Assembly: GCA_964574775.1 (NCBI GenBank)
Contig: CAZNOS010000001.1
Span: forward strand, 1-58,967
Origin: Candidatus Woesearchaeota archaeon
GTDB taxonomy: Archaea > Nanobdellota > Nanobdellia > Pacearchaeales > GW2011-AR1
Direction: 5' to 3'
Length of the DNA stretch: 58,967 bases
In this document: positions 45,160 to 54,307 of the stretch, piece by piece
Position numbering within the stretch: the stretch's first letter is position 1
Layout of the letters: each line of letters opens with the position of its first letter
Notes under the pieces: generated by a model
Databases searched by the model: none
Seen by the model: only the letters and a program-made list of their open reading frames with translations
Told to the model about the DNA's origin: nothing
Position numbers and translations under genes: made by a program

Positions 45160-46002
45160 TTAACTACTTCTCTTAGATTCGTATTCAGCAATATCCTTTT
45201 CGATTTGACGCTTCTCTGAAATCAACTTAACTCTTTCATCGTTAGCAGATTTCTCTACTCTACCAGAAAGATTAGCCAATCTTGCATCAATTTCATCAAG
45301 TCTATTCTTCATTTTTATAACCGCAGCATTGTCTCCAGCAGCTATATCATTCTTTAAATTCTTCTTTCTAAAGAACCCTTGTATTGTACCATCCAACAAG
45401 AAGAATACTATACAAACGGCAACAATTATTAAGTAAATCCAATAGAAATTAGTCCAATTTCCTTTTGAAGTAGACCAATTATATGCCAAAAGAGACACCA
45501 TTATGACTGCATAAACAATCCATAAAAGTTTTCTCACAGCACTCGGTGCCTTAAGAATCAATGTAGCTACAACTATAAATGGAACAATTAAGAATAGTGC
45601 ACCAACAAGTCCTTCAGAACCCAATGTAAAGGCCCTCAATGCATTAACTTCGATAAATCTAACTCCAATTAGCGCGACAATCACTGCAATACCCCAGTCT
45701 GTCCAAGCTCTTTCGCCGAAAATTTTCATCGGAGAAAGCACCCCTGCAATAACTAAAACTGTAAGCAAGAAAGCCATCAAAGCAACAAATCCACCATCTC
45801 CAGTACTTTTCTCTGTGCTTCCAGCACTATCAAAAAGGAAATGTGTGATGGGTGAAGCAACGTTAACAACTCCTCCAAGAAAGGCCTCAATGCCATCCCC
45901 AGAAGCAGCGACCCATTTAGGCTCCGCACTAACTGTGCTCATTACAAATGTAGAAACTAAAAGTAATGCAAAAAATATAACAAAACTCTTTTTATAATTC
46001 AT
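45160..46002 (-). CDS. Polytopic membrane protein with coiled-coil tail (paralog family member 4)
   Basis: Family motifs EAFLGG, LIGVRFIEVNAL, VPFIVVATL, FYWIYLIIVAVCIVFFLLDGTI. SD AGGAGGT 8 nt upstream of the ATG. Confidence 0.7.
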   Translation of the reverse strand: MNYKKSFVIFFALLLVSTFVMSTVSAEPKWVAASGDGIEAFLGGVVNVASPITHFLFDSAGSTEKSTGDGGFVALMAFLLTVLVIAGVLSPMKIFGERAWTDWGIAVIVALIGVRFIEVNALRAFTLGSEGLVGALFLIVPFIVVATLILKAPSAVRKLLWIVYAVIMVSLLAYNWSTSKGNWTNFYWIYLIIVAVCIVFFLLDGTIQGFFRKKNLKNDIAAGDNAAVIKMKNRLDEIDARLANLSGRVEKSANDERVKLISEKRQIEKDIAEYESKRSS

Positions 46003-46144
46003 ATTTTAAAACCTCCTTTCATTTTAGATAATTTAATTATCATTTAAAACCGAAGAATACGACCTTTATAAAATTTGTCGTAACGAATTTTATATTGTAA
46101 AACTCTGAAGTTTTGTCTTATAAAAATTGTTGTTTTTAAACTAC

Positions 46145-46699
46145 CTAGTCTTCTTCCAAAATTTCAATCTTTTTATCTTGGACTAAAATCTCAACAATTT
46201 GTTTATTTAAATTAGCAATTTCGCCCTTATTGAATGGTCCAATACTTTCCCCTTCTAAATCCAAAAACTCCTCAACTCTATCGTTAAACTTAACAAGCCT
46301 AAATTTCGAATCAACCCGACCACCAGACATAGAATCACTCAAATTCTTATCTGCCTTTTCCAGGCTCTTAACTATATCCTCAAATAACTCCTTTTCAAAA
46401 TCTAACAAATTCTCAAAATCTTTTTTACTAATTCCAGTTTCAGAAGCAACAAAAGCCAAATTCAATATCTTCTTTCTTCTTCTCAGTAGAAGCTCCTTAT
46501 ATAGGGACATAGCATTTTCAAGTTTCTTTTTACTCTTCAAAACTACGTCCGAAAACATATCATCATCTTTATCAGAGAATTTCTTCTTCTCAGAAAAATA
46601 CTCAGCTGCCTCAGGCAAAAATGTTTTCTTCAATAACTGTAAATCATCACTATATCTCTCCTTTCGGAGTGCCTCATAAAGATCATTATACGCAATCAT
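46145..46699 (-). CDS. GINS subunit (Gins51/Gins15-type), probable
   Basis: The helical A-domain (LYEALRKERYSDDLQLL..., LLRRRKKILNLA) and C-terminal B-domain (VKFNDRVEEFLDLEGESIGPFNKGEIANLNKQIVEILV) match the archaeal GINS pattern. Confidence 0.55.
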   Translation of the reverse strand: MIAYNDLYEALRKERYSDDLQLLKKTFLPEAAEYFSEKKKFSDKDDDMFSDVVLKSKKKLENAMSLYKELLLRRRKKILNLAFVASETGISKKDFENLLDFEKELFEDIVKSLEKADKNLSDSMSGGRVDSKFRLVKFNDRVEEFLDLEGESIGPFNKGEIANLNKQIVEILVQDKKIEILEED

Positions 46700-46789
46700 A
46701 CTAGGAGAAAATCAGTTCGCTTTAAAAGAATTTATATTCTCTTAAGAATAGAAACAAAACTATTTAAATAACTCAATTCGAGTACTATT

Positions 46790-47521
46790 ATGAATCAACA
46801 GTTAGCTATTATCGTGATCATTTCCATTCTAGGGCCCGTTATTGGTTCTCTCATAGGCGTCTTAAAAAAACCCTCTGAAAAATTTATGTACAACATGCTA
46901 GCTTTTGCGGGTGGAGTCATGCTTGCAATTTCTTTTTTGGAATTAATTCCAGAAAGCATCGAACTTTCTTCAATCTGGATCGCAATAATTGGAATCACAT
47001 TCGGATCTTTGATGATGTATGCTATCGACAGAGCAATCCCACACATACACCCAGAACTGTGCGAACAAGAACAAGGACAAAAATTAAGAAGAACCGCACT
47101 GTACTTAATAATTGGTATATTTATACACAACTTCCCAGAGGGAATGGCTATAGCACTCGGTACGGTTACTCAAATAGAATCTAGTTTAATTATTGCTATT
47201 GCTATTGCTATACACAACATCCCGGAAGGAATCTGTACTTCCGCACCATATTTTCACGTAACAGGAAAAAAATTAAAATCTTTTTTAGTTTCTTCATCAA
47301 CGGCAATACCAATTCTATTGGGATTTTTATTCGCCAACCAACTCTACAAATATATATCCAACACAATGATTGGATTTATAGTGGGCGCAACTGCAGGTTT
47401 AATGATTTACATCACCGCGGACGAAATCATCCCCGCATCATGCCGCAGAACAACCGACCACAAAACAATATTCTCTTTAATAATAGGAATTCTATTTGTA
47501 ATCTTACTCGGATTAATATAA
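46790..47521 (+). CDS. ZIP-family divalent metal transporter (second copy)
   Basis: HNFPEGMAIALG and HNIPEGICTSAP. Confidence 0.85.
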   Translation: MNQQLAIIVIISILGPVIGSLIGVLKKPSEKFMYNMLAFAGGVMLAISFLELIPESIELSSIWIAIIGITFGSLMMYAIDRAIPHIHPELCEQEQGQKLRRTALYLIIGIFIHNFPEGMAIALGTVTQIESSLIIAIAIAIHNIPEGICTSAPYFHVTGKKLKSFLVSSSTAIPILLGFLFANQLYKYISNTMIGFIVGATAGLMIYITADEIIPASCRRTTDHKTIFSLIIGILFVILLGLI

Positions 47522-47624
47522 TATTATCTTTCTTACTTTTTATCCAAAAAAACCAGCAAGGATTCCGATTGAGGTAGAAGCACCCCAACCACATATTTTT
47601 AAACTACAGACGACACATCAATTT

Positions 47625-48917
47625 ATGTTCAAATTCCTTAAAGAAAAGATACACGACTGGAAAGAAAAGCTAAAAGAAGAATTCACAGAAGAGGTGAAAC
47701 AAGTTAAGGAAAAAACAACTAAGATAAAATCACCTAAAAAAGAAAAACTCTCAAAAAAATCAAAAGAAACAACAGTTAAATCTAAAGCTACAAAAAAGAC
47801 AGACAAGATAAAATTAATAGATGCTCCAACAAAATTTAATCCCGTAGATGGAACACTAAGTCTCGACCTAGAAAAAGTAGATGAAATTTCTAAAGTCAAA
47901 CAAGAAGAGCATAGGGGATTTTTCTCAAAACTATTTTCAAAAGAAGACAAAACTGCAGAGTTAATTATTGAGGACATAAAAAAAGAAGGACGAGAAATAA
48001 CAAGCCCCGAAGCCAGATTAGAATCTGAGTCGTCACTCGAAGAAACTAAATCAGAAGAAACACACGGATTTTTCGATAAATTCAAGAAAAAAGTTACAGA
48101 GGAAAGATTCGAAGAAATATTCCAAGAACTACAAATTATCATGCTCCAAAACAACGTTGCTTACGAAGTAGTCGAATACCTAAAACAAAGACTAAAGCAC
48201 GACTTAGTCGGAAAAAATCTTTCAGAAGTAAATTTAGAAGAAAAGTTGAGAGATGCTATATCTGAAATTTTAATCAACCCACCAAGTCTAGTAAAAGAAA
48301 TAAAAGAAAGCCTAAAGACTAAAAAACCATACGTCATCGCATTCGTCGGAATTAATGGCTCTGGAAAAACAACGTCTATCGCAAAAGTAGCTCATCTTCT
48401 AAAAAAAGAAAAGCTTTCAGTTTGTTTGGCCGCAGCCGATACTTTTAGAGCAGCCGCAATAGAACAACTAGAAATTCACGCCGATAGATTAAAAATTCCT
48501 ATCATAAAAAAAGATTACAACTCCGACCCTGCCTCAGTCGGATTTGAAGCAATATCCTACGCAAAAAAACACGGAATAGATGTCGTATTGATTGACACAG
48601 CCGGAAGAATGAACACGAAAGAAAGTTTAATGAAAGAGATGGAAAAAATAATAAAGGTTTGTAACCCAGATAAAAAAATATTTTTAGGAGAAAGCATAAC
48701 CGGCAATGATGCAACAGAACAAGCAAGGGCATTCAACCAACACATTTCAATCGATGGAATGATTTTAAGTAAAGCTGACATAGATGAAAAGGGCGGCACG
48801 GCGCTATCTGTTTCTTATATAACCAAAAAACCAATTTATTTTTTAGGAACTGGCCAAACCTACGACGACCTAGAAATTTTTGACAAAGACAAGATGATTA
48901 AAAGATTAGGATTGTAA
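47625..48917 (+). CDS. ftsY: Signal recognition particle receptor FtsY
   Basis: K/E-rich A-domain followed by an NG domain: VIAFVGINGSGKTTSIAKVA, ADTFRAAAIEQL, VLIDTAGR, SKADIDEKGG. Confidence 0.93.
   Translation: MFKFLKEKIHDWKEKLKEEFTEEVKQVKEKTTKIKSPKKEKLSKKSKETTVKSKATKKTDKIKLIDAPTKFNPVDGTLSLDLEKVDEISKVKQEEHRGFFSKLFSKEDKTAELIIEDIKKEGREITSPEARLESESSLEETKSEETHGFFDKFKKKVTEERFEEIFQELQIIMLQNNVAYEVVEYLKQRLKHDLVGKNLSEVNLEEKLRDAISEILINPPSLVKEIKESLKTKKPYVIAFVGINGSGKTTSIAKVAHLLKKEKLSVCLAAADTFRAAAIEQLEIHADRLKIPIIKKDYNSDPASVGFEAISYAKKHGIDVVLIDTAGRMNTKESLMKEMEKIIKVCNPDKKIFLGESITGNDATEQARAFNQHISIDGMILSKADIDEKGGTALSVSYITKKPIYFLGTGQTYDDLEIFDKDKMIKRLGL
48897..48917 (+). repeat. 21-bp direct repeat copy 1 (last 6 codons plus stop of ftsY)
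   Basis: attaaaagattaggattgtaa is identical to 50122..50142. Confidence 0.95.
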
Positions 48918-49817
48918 ATGGCAAGAACAAAAAGGCGAAATAGCGATTCAGAGGAAGACACGATAAGACAAGAGCTTGGGCCAGAGGTGCAAAAAACATG
49001 CCATACTTTTTTTAATAGATTGTGTGACCAATTGGGATTACAGGATGTAAGCCCCCCAAAAGTTTTATTCGAACCGAATGTAAAAACGCCATACGGGACA
49101 AGAGAAACTGACATTCCCACGTGCCACTCACAGGGAATCATAACAATAACTGAACCAAATATGTATTCGAAGGGAGCGTACGGAGAAGAAATATCTCATT
49201 ATCTCAGAAACCAACTTAGGGGCAGTCCTTCTCGGAATCCAAATACGGAAGAATTCTATGGATTTCTCGGAAGAAGACTTTTGGCACCCAAAGAAACACA
49301 CGAACCTCCATTTAAATCAGATCAGGAATATCGACAATATATTTTAAAAATTAATGCAATGATTAAGTCTGAAAAAGATAATGCTAGAATTGCTAAATTA
49401 AAAAGAAGAAGAAAAGATGCCCAAGATCACTACGAAGGATATAATTATGCAGCCAAGATTGACCCATCTAAAATAAAAAATTGGAAAGATTTTTTTTCAA
49501 TGCCAGAAGAGGAAGTGCACAGAAGATTTTTTAGGGAAGACCCTGACTATCCAGAAGAAAGAAAAGAACAAGGAGAGCTGGAATCTAAACTACCAATAAT
49601 ATTAATCTCTCTTTCCATATTATCAATTCTTTACTCTGTTGCAAACACCGAACTAACTGGCCTAACAATCGCAATTCCGACAAAAACGAACTTTACCGCT
49701 GGAGTAATTTTGCTTGCATTTCTATTGCTTGGATTAATAATCCTATCCCACAAATTAATACAAAAAATTACAAGAAAAACGTTTAAATACCCGTTGTGCG
49801 ACCCACAATTAGAATGA
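48918..49817 (+). CDS. Hypothetical protein with C-terminal double-TM anchor (299 aa)
   Basis: Arg-rich soluble part, then LPIILISLSILSILYSV and AGVILLAFLLLGLIILS. The ATG follows the ftsY stop directly. Confidence 0.6.
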   Translation: MARTKRRNSDSEEDTIRQELGPEVQKTCHTFFNRLCDQLGLQDVSPPKVLFEPNVKTPYGTRETDIPTCHSQGIITITEPNMYSKGAYGEEISHYLRNQLRGSPSRNPNTEEFYGFLGRRLLAPKETHEPPFKSDQEYRQYILKINAMIKSEKDNARIAKLKRRRKDAQDHYEGYNYAAKIDPSKIKNWKDFFSMPEEEVHRRFFREDPDYPEERKEQGELESKLPIILISLSILSILYSVANTELTGLTIAIPTKTNFTAGVILLAFLLLGLIILSHKLIQKITRKTFKYPLCDPQLE

Positions 49818-50104
49818 AAACACCAAAACCACTAACAATATTGGCAGAAGAAGGAATACTAACGGTTGAAACCATTAGGGGACTTAAAAACGCATGGATT
49901 CAAGACGTGGACGCCCTTTATTCACTAGTCAGAGCTACTCAATCCTCGGATGTTTTAAGTACAAAAAGAGCACTAGTAACCGTACTTGGAATTCAAGAAG
50001 CAACAATTGGAGAATTCATGAAACGAATTGAACCATACACTTCAGAAGAAACAATCAACGCAAAACAACCACCCAAATATCCACTTGGATATAAATTCAA
50101 CTAA
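49814..50104 (+). CDS. Hypothetical protein (96 aa)
   Basis: ATGA overlap with the previous ORF. MKTPKPLTILAEEGILTVETIRGLKNAW... Confidence 0.5.
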   Translation: MKTPKPLTILAEEGILTVETIRGLKNAWIQDVDALYSLVRATQSSDVLSTKRALVTVLGIQEATIGEFMKRIEPYTSEETINAKQPPKYPLGYKFN

Positions 50105-50121
50105 TTCTAAAAACAAACAAA

Positions 50122-50142
50122 ATTAAAAGATTAGGATTGTAA
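50122..50142 (+). repeat. 21-bp direct repeat copy 2
   Basis: attaaaagattaggattgtaa, 21/21 identical to the ftsY 3' end. Confidence 0.95.
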
Positions 50143-50143
50143 T

Positions 50144-50335
50144 TCAACTACTTCTACTACCAAGCGGATAAAAATCTGCTATTTGTCTATCCAGTTCTTT
50201 TCTAAATGCTGGATCACGCAAACCGATTTCATACCTCGCCATCATCTCAACTTGCCCCAAAAGAAAAGCCTCAACTCCGTCGGCAAAGGCAGTCTCGCTC
50301 AAGCCAAAATCATCCTCTTCTAATGAATCAACCAT
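50144..50335 (-). CDS. Small acidic, Arg-using hypothetical protein (63 aa)
   Basis: MVDSLEEDDFGLSETAFADGVEAFLLGQVEMMARYEIGLRDPAFRKELDRQIADFYPLGSRSS. 5 Arg versus 1 Lys. It abuts repeat copy 2. Confidence 0.45.
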   Translation of the reverse strand: MVDSLEEDDFGLSETAFADGVEAFLLGQVEMMARYEIGLRDPAFRKELDRQIADFYPLGSRSS

Positions 50336-50413
50336 GAATTATTAAAGAAATCACACTTTTTATACTTTATCAAAATCCCAAAACCTTAAAACCTTCAAAT
50401 TCTACCCCATTTT

Positions 50414-51784
50414 ATGCTAGAAAAACTATCCGAAACGCTAACAAAAGGAATTAAAAAAATATCCAGTGCGATATTTGTAGACAAGAAACTAATAGACGAA
50501 GTCATAAAAGATCTTCAAAGATCACTTATCGAAGCAGATGTTAATGTAGAATTAGTTTTCCAACTCTCCCAAAAAATTAGAGAAATAGCTATTGACGAAA
50601 ACATTAAAGGAATAGAAAAAAAAGAGCAACTAGTAAAACTCATTCACGACCAAATAGCACTTTTAATTGGAAAAGGAAAAGAATTGAAGATAGAAAAGAA
50701 AACGAAAATTCTTCTTCTGGGTTTATACGGCTCCGGTAAAACCACAACAATCTCAAAGCTCGCATTTTATTACGCCAAAAGAGGAAAAAAAGTTTGTGCG
50801 TTGGGATTAGACACTCAAAGACCTGCCGCTATGACTCAACTAGAAACAATGTGTAAAAAGGCAAACGTTCCGGCTTTCATTGATACTGAAGAAAAAGACC
50901 CTGGAAAAATAATTAAAAAATACGAGAAAGAATTAGAAGATTATGACATCGTTTTCATAGACACGGCCGGCAGAGACGGACTAAATAAAGATTTAATTAC
51001 GGAAATAAAATCAATCGAAAAAAAACTAAAACCGACTTACAGAATTTTAGTTATCCCTGCAGATATTGGTCAAACCGCAAAAACTCAAGCCCAAGAATTT
51101 CAAAAAGCACTTTCTATTGACGGAGTTATTATAACTAGAATGGACGGAACTGCAAAGGCTGGCGGAGCAATAACTGCCTGCGCTGAAACAAACGCCCCGG
51201 TTTTCTTTATTGGAACGGGAGAAAAAATACACGAATTCGAAATTTTTAATCCAACATCTTTTATTTCAAGATTGTTGGGCATGGGCGACTTAGAAGGATT
51301 ACTTGAAAAAGTTCGTTCTGCAGTTGACGAAAAACAACAAGAAAAAATAGAACAAAGACTCAAGGAAGGAAAATTCACACTTCACGACTTATATTCTCAA
51401 CTAGAATCCATGAGTCAAATTGGAAGTTTCGATAAGTTAATGGGAATGATTCCAGGATTTGGAAACGCAGCTGCAAAAGTTCCAAAAGAAGCGATGCAAA
51501 AACAAGAAGAAAAAATGAAACGTTGGAAATATGCAATTCAATCAATGACAAAAGAAGAAGTTGAAAATCCAGAATTATTCGACAAACAAACCTCAAGAAT
51601 CCAGAGAGTCTCAAGAGGATCTGGCACAACAACTTCCGAAATTAGAGAACTTTTGAAACAATACAAAATGATTAATGATTTAATGAAATCTCAATCTTCC
51701 ATGCAAGGATTGCAAGAGGGAAAGATAGACAAAAAAACCATGATGAAAATGGCTAGGCAGTTTAAAGGGAAGATGAAATTTTAA
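50414..51784 (+). CDS. srp54: Signal recognition particle protein SRP54
   Basis: LLGLYGSGKTTTISKLA, FIDTAGR, TRMDGTAKAGGA and a Met-rich M-domain. Confidence 0.95.
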   Translation: MLEKLSETLTKGIKKISSAIFVDKKLIDEVIKDLQRSLIEADVNVELVFQLSQKIREIAIDENIKGIEKKEQLVKLIHDQIALLIGKGKELKIEKKTKILLLGLYGSGKTTTISKLAFYYAKRGKKVCALGLDTQRPAAMTQLETMCKKANVPAFIDTEEKDPGKIIKKYEKELEDYDIVFIDTAGRDGLNKDLITEIKSIEKKLKPTYRILVIPADIGQTAKTQAQEFQKALSIDGVIITRMDGTAKAGGAITACAETNAPVFFIGTGEKIHEFEIFNPTSFISRLLGMGDLEGLLEKVRSAVDEKQQEKIEQRLKEGKFTLHDLYSQLESMSQIGSFDKLMGMIPGFGNAAAKVPKEAMQKQEEKMKRWKYAIQSMTKEEVENPELFDKQTSRIQRVSRGSGTTTSEIRELLKQYKMINDLMKSQSSMQGLQEGKIDKKTMMKMARQFKGKMKF

Positions 51785-51883
51785 AAAAATTCTACTTAAT
51801 TACTCATGGCATTTAACTAAACCAATAAATCCATCTTCCAAACCATTACATATCTTTAAAAAATAGAATTTGATTAAATCCAA

Positions 51884-52390
51884 ATGGTAGACGTTTCATC
51901 CGCACTAACAACAACTATGATAGGTATGCTTGGAGTAGTATTTGGAGCTATTTTGAGCAACTACGTAAACAGCAGAATCGCTTCTAAAAATTCCAGAAGA
52001 GAAATAATATTCAGAAAAAAAATGGACTATTTCGAAAGCATCGTACAGTGCATAGAAAAAAACACAAAATTATATCTTCAATCAATTAGAGAATTCGAAA
52101 AAAACCAAAACGCCAAAGTAGCTCACAAAATTGTCAAAAAACTAAAATCCAACAGGGGTAAATTCGATGCAAAAACTAGCCCAATCTATCTCGACACTAG
52201 ACTATTCTCGAAAGACATAAAGAATTTCGTCAATCTAGAAAAAACAATTTTCCTCGCATTCGAAAATCTCTCAAAATCAAATTCAGACAAAGAATATATC
52301 ATAAAAAGCCTAAAAACAAACATGAATTCCTTAACTCAATTAGGCAACAAAATAATCTCTAAAATGAGACTAGATATAATAAAAAAATAA
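51884..52390 (+). CDS. Membrane-anchored hypothetical protein
   Basis: N-terminal TM TTTMIGMLGVVFGAILSNYV followed by a helical K-rich body. Confidence 0.55.
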   Translation: MVDVSSALTTTMIGMLGVVFGAILSNYVNSRIASKNSRREIIFRKKMDYFESIVQCIEKNTKLYLQSIREFEKNQNAKVAHKIVKKLKSNRGKFDAKTSPIYLDTRLFSKDIKNFVNLEKTIFLAFENLSKSNSDKEYIIKSLKTNMNSLTQLGNKIISKMRLDIIKK

Positions 52391-52404
52391 AATCGCTTAT
52401 ATAT

Positions 52405-53510
52405 TTACCCAAAATTATTCCTCATCATATCTCTATCCATCGAGTAACTAACAGCAGTAGTTGCAGAAATTTTTCCCGCTCTATATAACGTCATTAAAGA
52501 ACTATCCATCTGAACCATTCCCTCAGTTGAACCAGACTGAATAGTAGACGGAATTTGAGACAATTTCCCAGTTCTGATTAAATTTTTTATTCCTGAAGTA
52601 TTTCTCATAATTTCCATCGCCAACACACGTCCGCCCTTAACGCCGGGAACCAACTGCTGACACACGATATATTCTAAATTATCAGCCAACGCTCCCCTAA
52701 CGTAATTTCCATCATTACCAGAAACAAAATCCAAACAACGAGTAATAGTCCCAGCCGAATCTTTAGTGTGCAAAGTTGAAAAAACTAAATGTCCAGTATC
52801 CGCCGCATTTACAACACCTTGCAACGTCTCGGAATCTCTCGTCTCTCCAACAACAATTACGTTCGGATCCTGTCTCATCGCCTGAGAAACTCCCTCTGAA
52901 AAACCTCTTATGTCTCTATATAATTCTCTCTATATAATTCTCTCTGTATAACGCTTGCCTTAATTCCATTGTGAACATATTCAATCGGATCTTCTAATGT
53001 AATAATTTTCCTAGCATAATTTCTATTTATATGCTGTATCAACGAAGCTAACGTAGTTGATTTTCCAGAACCAGTTACTCCAGTCACAAGAACCAAACCT
53101 CTTTGTAAAGAAACGATTTGCTTCCATATCTCATTTGGAAATCCTATTTCACTAATTTCCCTAATTCTATTTGGAATTACTCTTGCCGTAAAAAACGGTC
53201 CGTTCTTCGCGCTAGCGACATTAACTCTAAAATTTCTACCATTGTGCTCATAAGCAAAATCAACCGCAAAAGCCTGTTTATATCTGTCTTTTTGTTCGTC
53301 CGTCAGAATAGCGTTTACCATCCCCTCAACACGTTCCCTACTCAAAACATCACTATCCTCGGCTGACCCAAGTTGCCCATCAATTCTAAAAAGAGGATGT
53401 GCACCAGATTGAACATGTAAATCAGTCGCAAATCCGCCCTCAGTAGTCGCACTCAACAATTCCCTAAACTGGTCCAGATAATCATTTTGCTCTGCCATCC
53501 TAAACACCAT
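52405..53510 (-). pseudogene. pilT: PilT/PilU-family type IV pilus retraction ATPase, frameshifted by a 14-bp tandem duplication
   Basis: N-part carries Walker A LVTGVTGSGKSTT and ITLEDPIEY. C-part carries RQDPNVIVVGETRD, TGHLVFSTLHT and GIKNLIRTGK (AIRNLIRE-type). Removing one 14-bp copy gives a single 364-codon ORF (363 aa plus stop). Confidence 0.85.
52917..52944. repeat. Perfect 14-bp tandem duplication (tatataattctctc x2) at the pilT frameshift
   Basis: 52917-52930 is identical to 52931-52944, flanked by ctc microhomology. Confidence 0.95.
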
Positions 53511-53548
53511 AATTAAACATTTATAAATAAAATTATACTGCAGTATTT

Positions 53549-54193
53549 ATGTCAAAGATAATAGCCCAAGGCGCAGAAGCGATAATAACTTTAGATAAAG
53601 ATATCATAACAAAAAATCGTATTCCAAAATCTTATCGTCTAAAAGAACTCGACGAAAAAATACGAAGAAAGCGAACTGAAAAAGAAACAAAGATTTTGAA
53701 AAAAGCAAAGCTATTTGGAATAAACGTTCCAAACGTCCTTCATGAATTCACCGCACAAAACCAAGTAACAAAAGAATATTCTCTTCACGACCCATATAAA
53801 ATAATAATCGAATACATCGACGGCGACAAACTATCTGATAAACTCAATTCCTACCCCGAAGAAAAACAATTTATGACAATGAAAACACTCGGTCAAGAAG
53901 TTTCAAAACTCCATCAAAACGATATAATTCACGGAGATCTAACGACTTCCAACACAATTTTAAAAGAAGATAAAGTTTTCATCATCGACTTCGGATTAGG
54001 TTTCATCTCAAAAAGAATCGAAGACAAAGCCGTAGATTTACATTTAATAAAACAAGCACTAGAAGCAAAACACTTCCAAAATTTTGAAAAACTTTTTGAA
54101 AACTTCAAAGAAGGATATGGAAATAATCCTGAATCAAAAAAAGTTTTTGAACAACTTAAAAAAGTAGAAGGACGAGGACGTTATAAACATTAA
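53549..54193 (+). CDS. bud32: KEOPS complex kinase Bud32 (Kae1-associated kinase)
   Basis: IAQGAEAIIT, HGDLTTSNTIL, IIDFGLGF, DKAVDLHL. Confidence 0.88.
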   Translation: MSKIIAQGAEAIITLDKDIITKNRIPKSYRLKELDEKIRRKRTEKETKILKKAKLFGINVPNVLHEFTAQNQVTKEYSLHDPYKIIIEYIDGDKLSDKLNSYPEEKQFMTMKTLGQEVSKLHQNDIIHGDLTTSNTILKEDKVFIIDFGLGFISKRIEDKAVDLHLIKQALEAKHFQNFEKLFENFKEGYGNNPESKKVFEQLKKVEGRGRYKH

Positions 54194-54234
54194 TAATTAA
54201 TAACCCACCAAAAATTTTCGCTCTTGAATAATTA

Positions 54235-54307
54235 TAGCCCCACCCGGATTCGAACCGGGGTCACAGGCGTCAAAGGCCTGTATCCTTGACCACTAGACTA
54301 TAGGGCT
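54235..54307 (-). tRNA. tRNA-Gln (TTG) with A1-U72
   Basis: Manual fold of the minus strand: AGCCCTA TA GTCT AGTGGTCAA GGAT A CAGGC CTTTGAC GCCTG TGAC CCCGG TTCGAAT CCGGG TGGGGCT A. Confidence 0.85.

Noticed and set aside
47618-48154. 178-aa minus-strand ORF antisense to the ftsY A-domain. Similar shadow ORFs include 331..513, 2956..3285, 5326..5709, 5387..5617, 13197..13385, 14077..14343, 28989..29264, 35208..35534, 37222..37719, 39941..40201, 46230..46679, 46795..47130 and 51100..51632.
   Set aside because: All lie antisense to, or out of frame within, well-supported genes. Their low-complexity S/F/L/I-rich translations are typical of the complement of K/E-rich coding sequence in AT-rich DNA. 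No start context or motifs support them.
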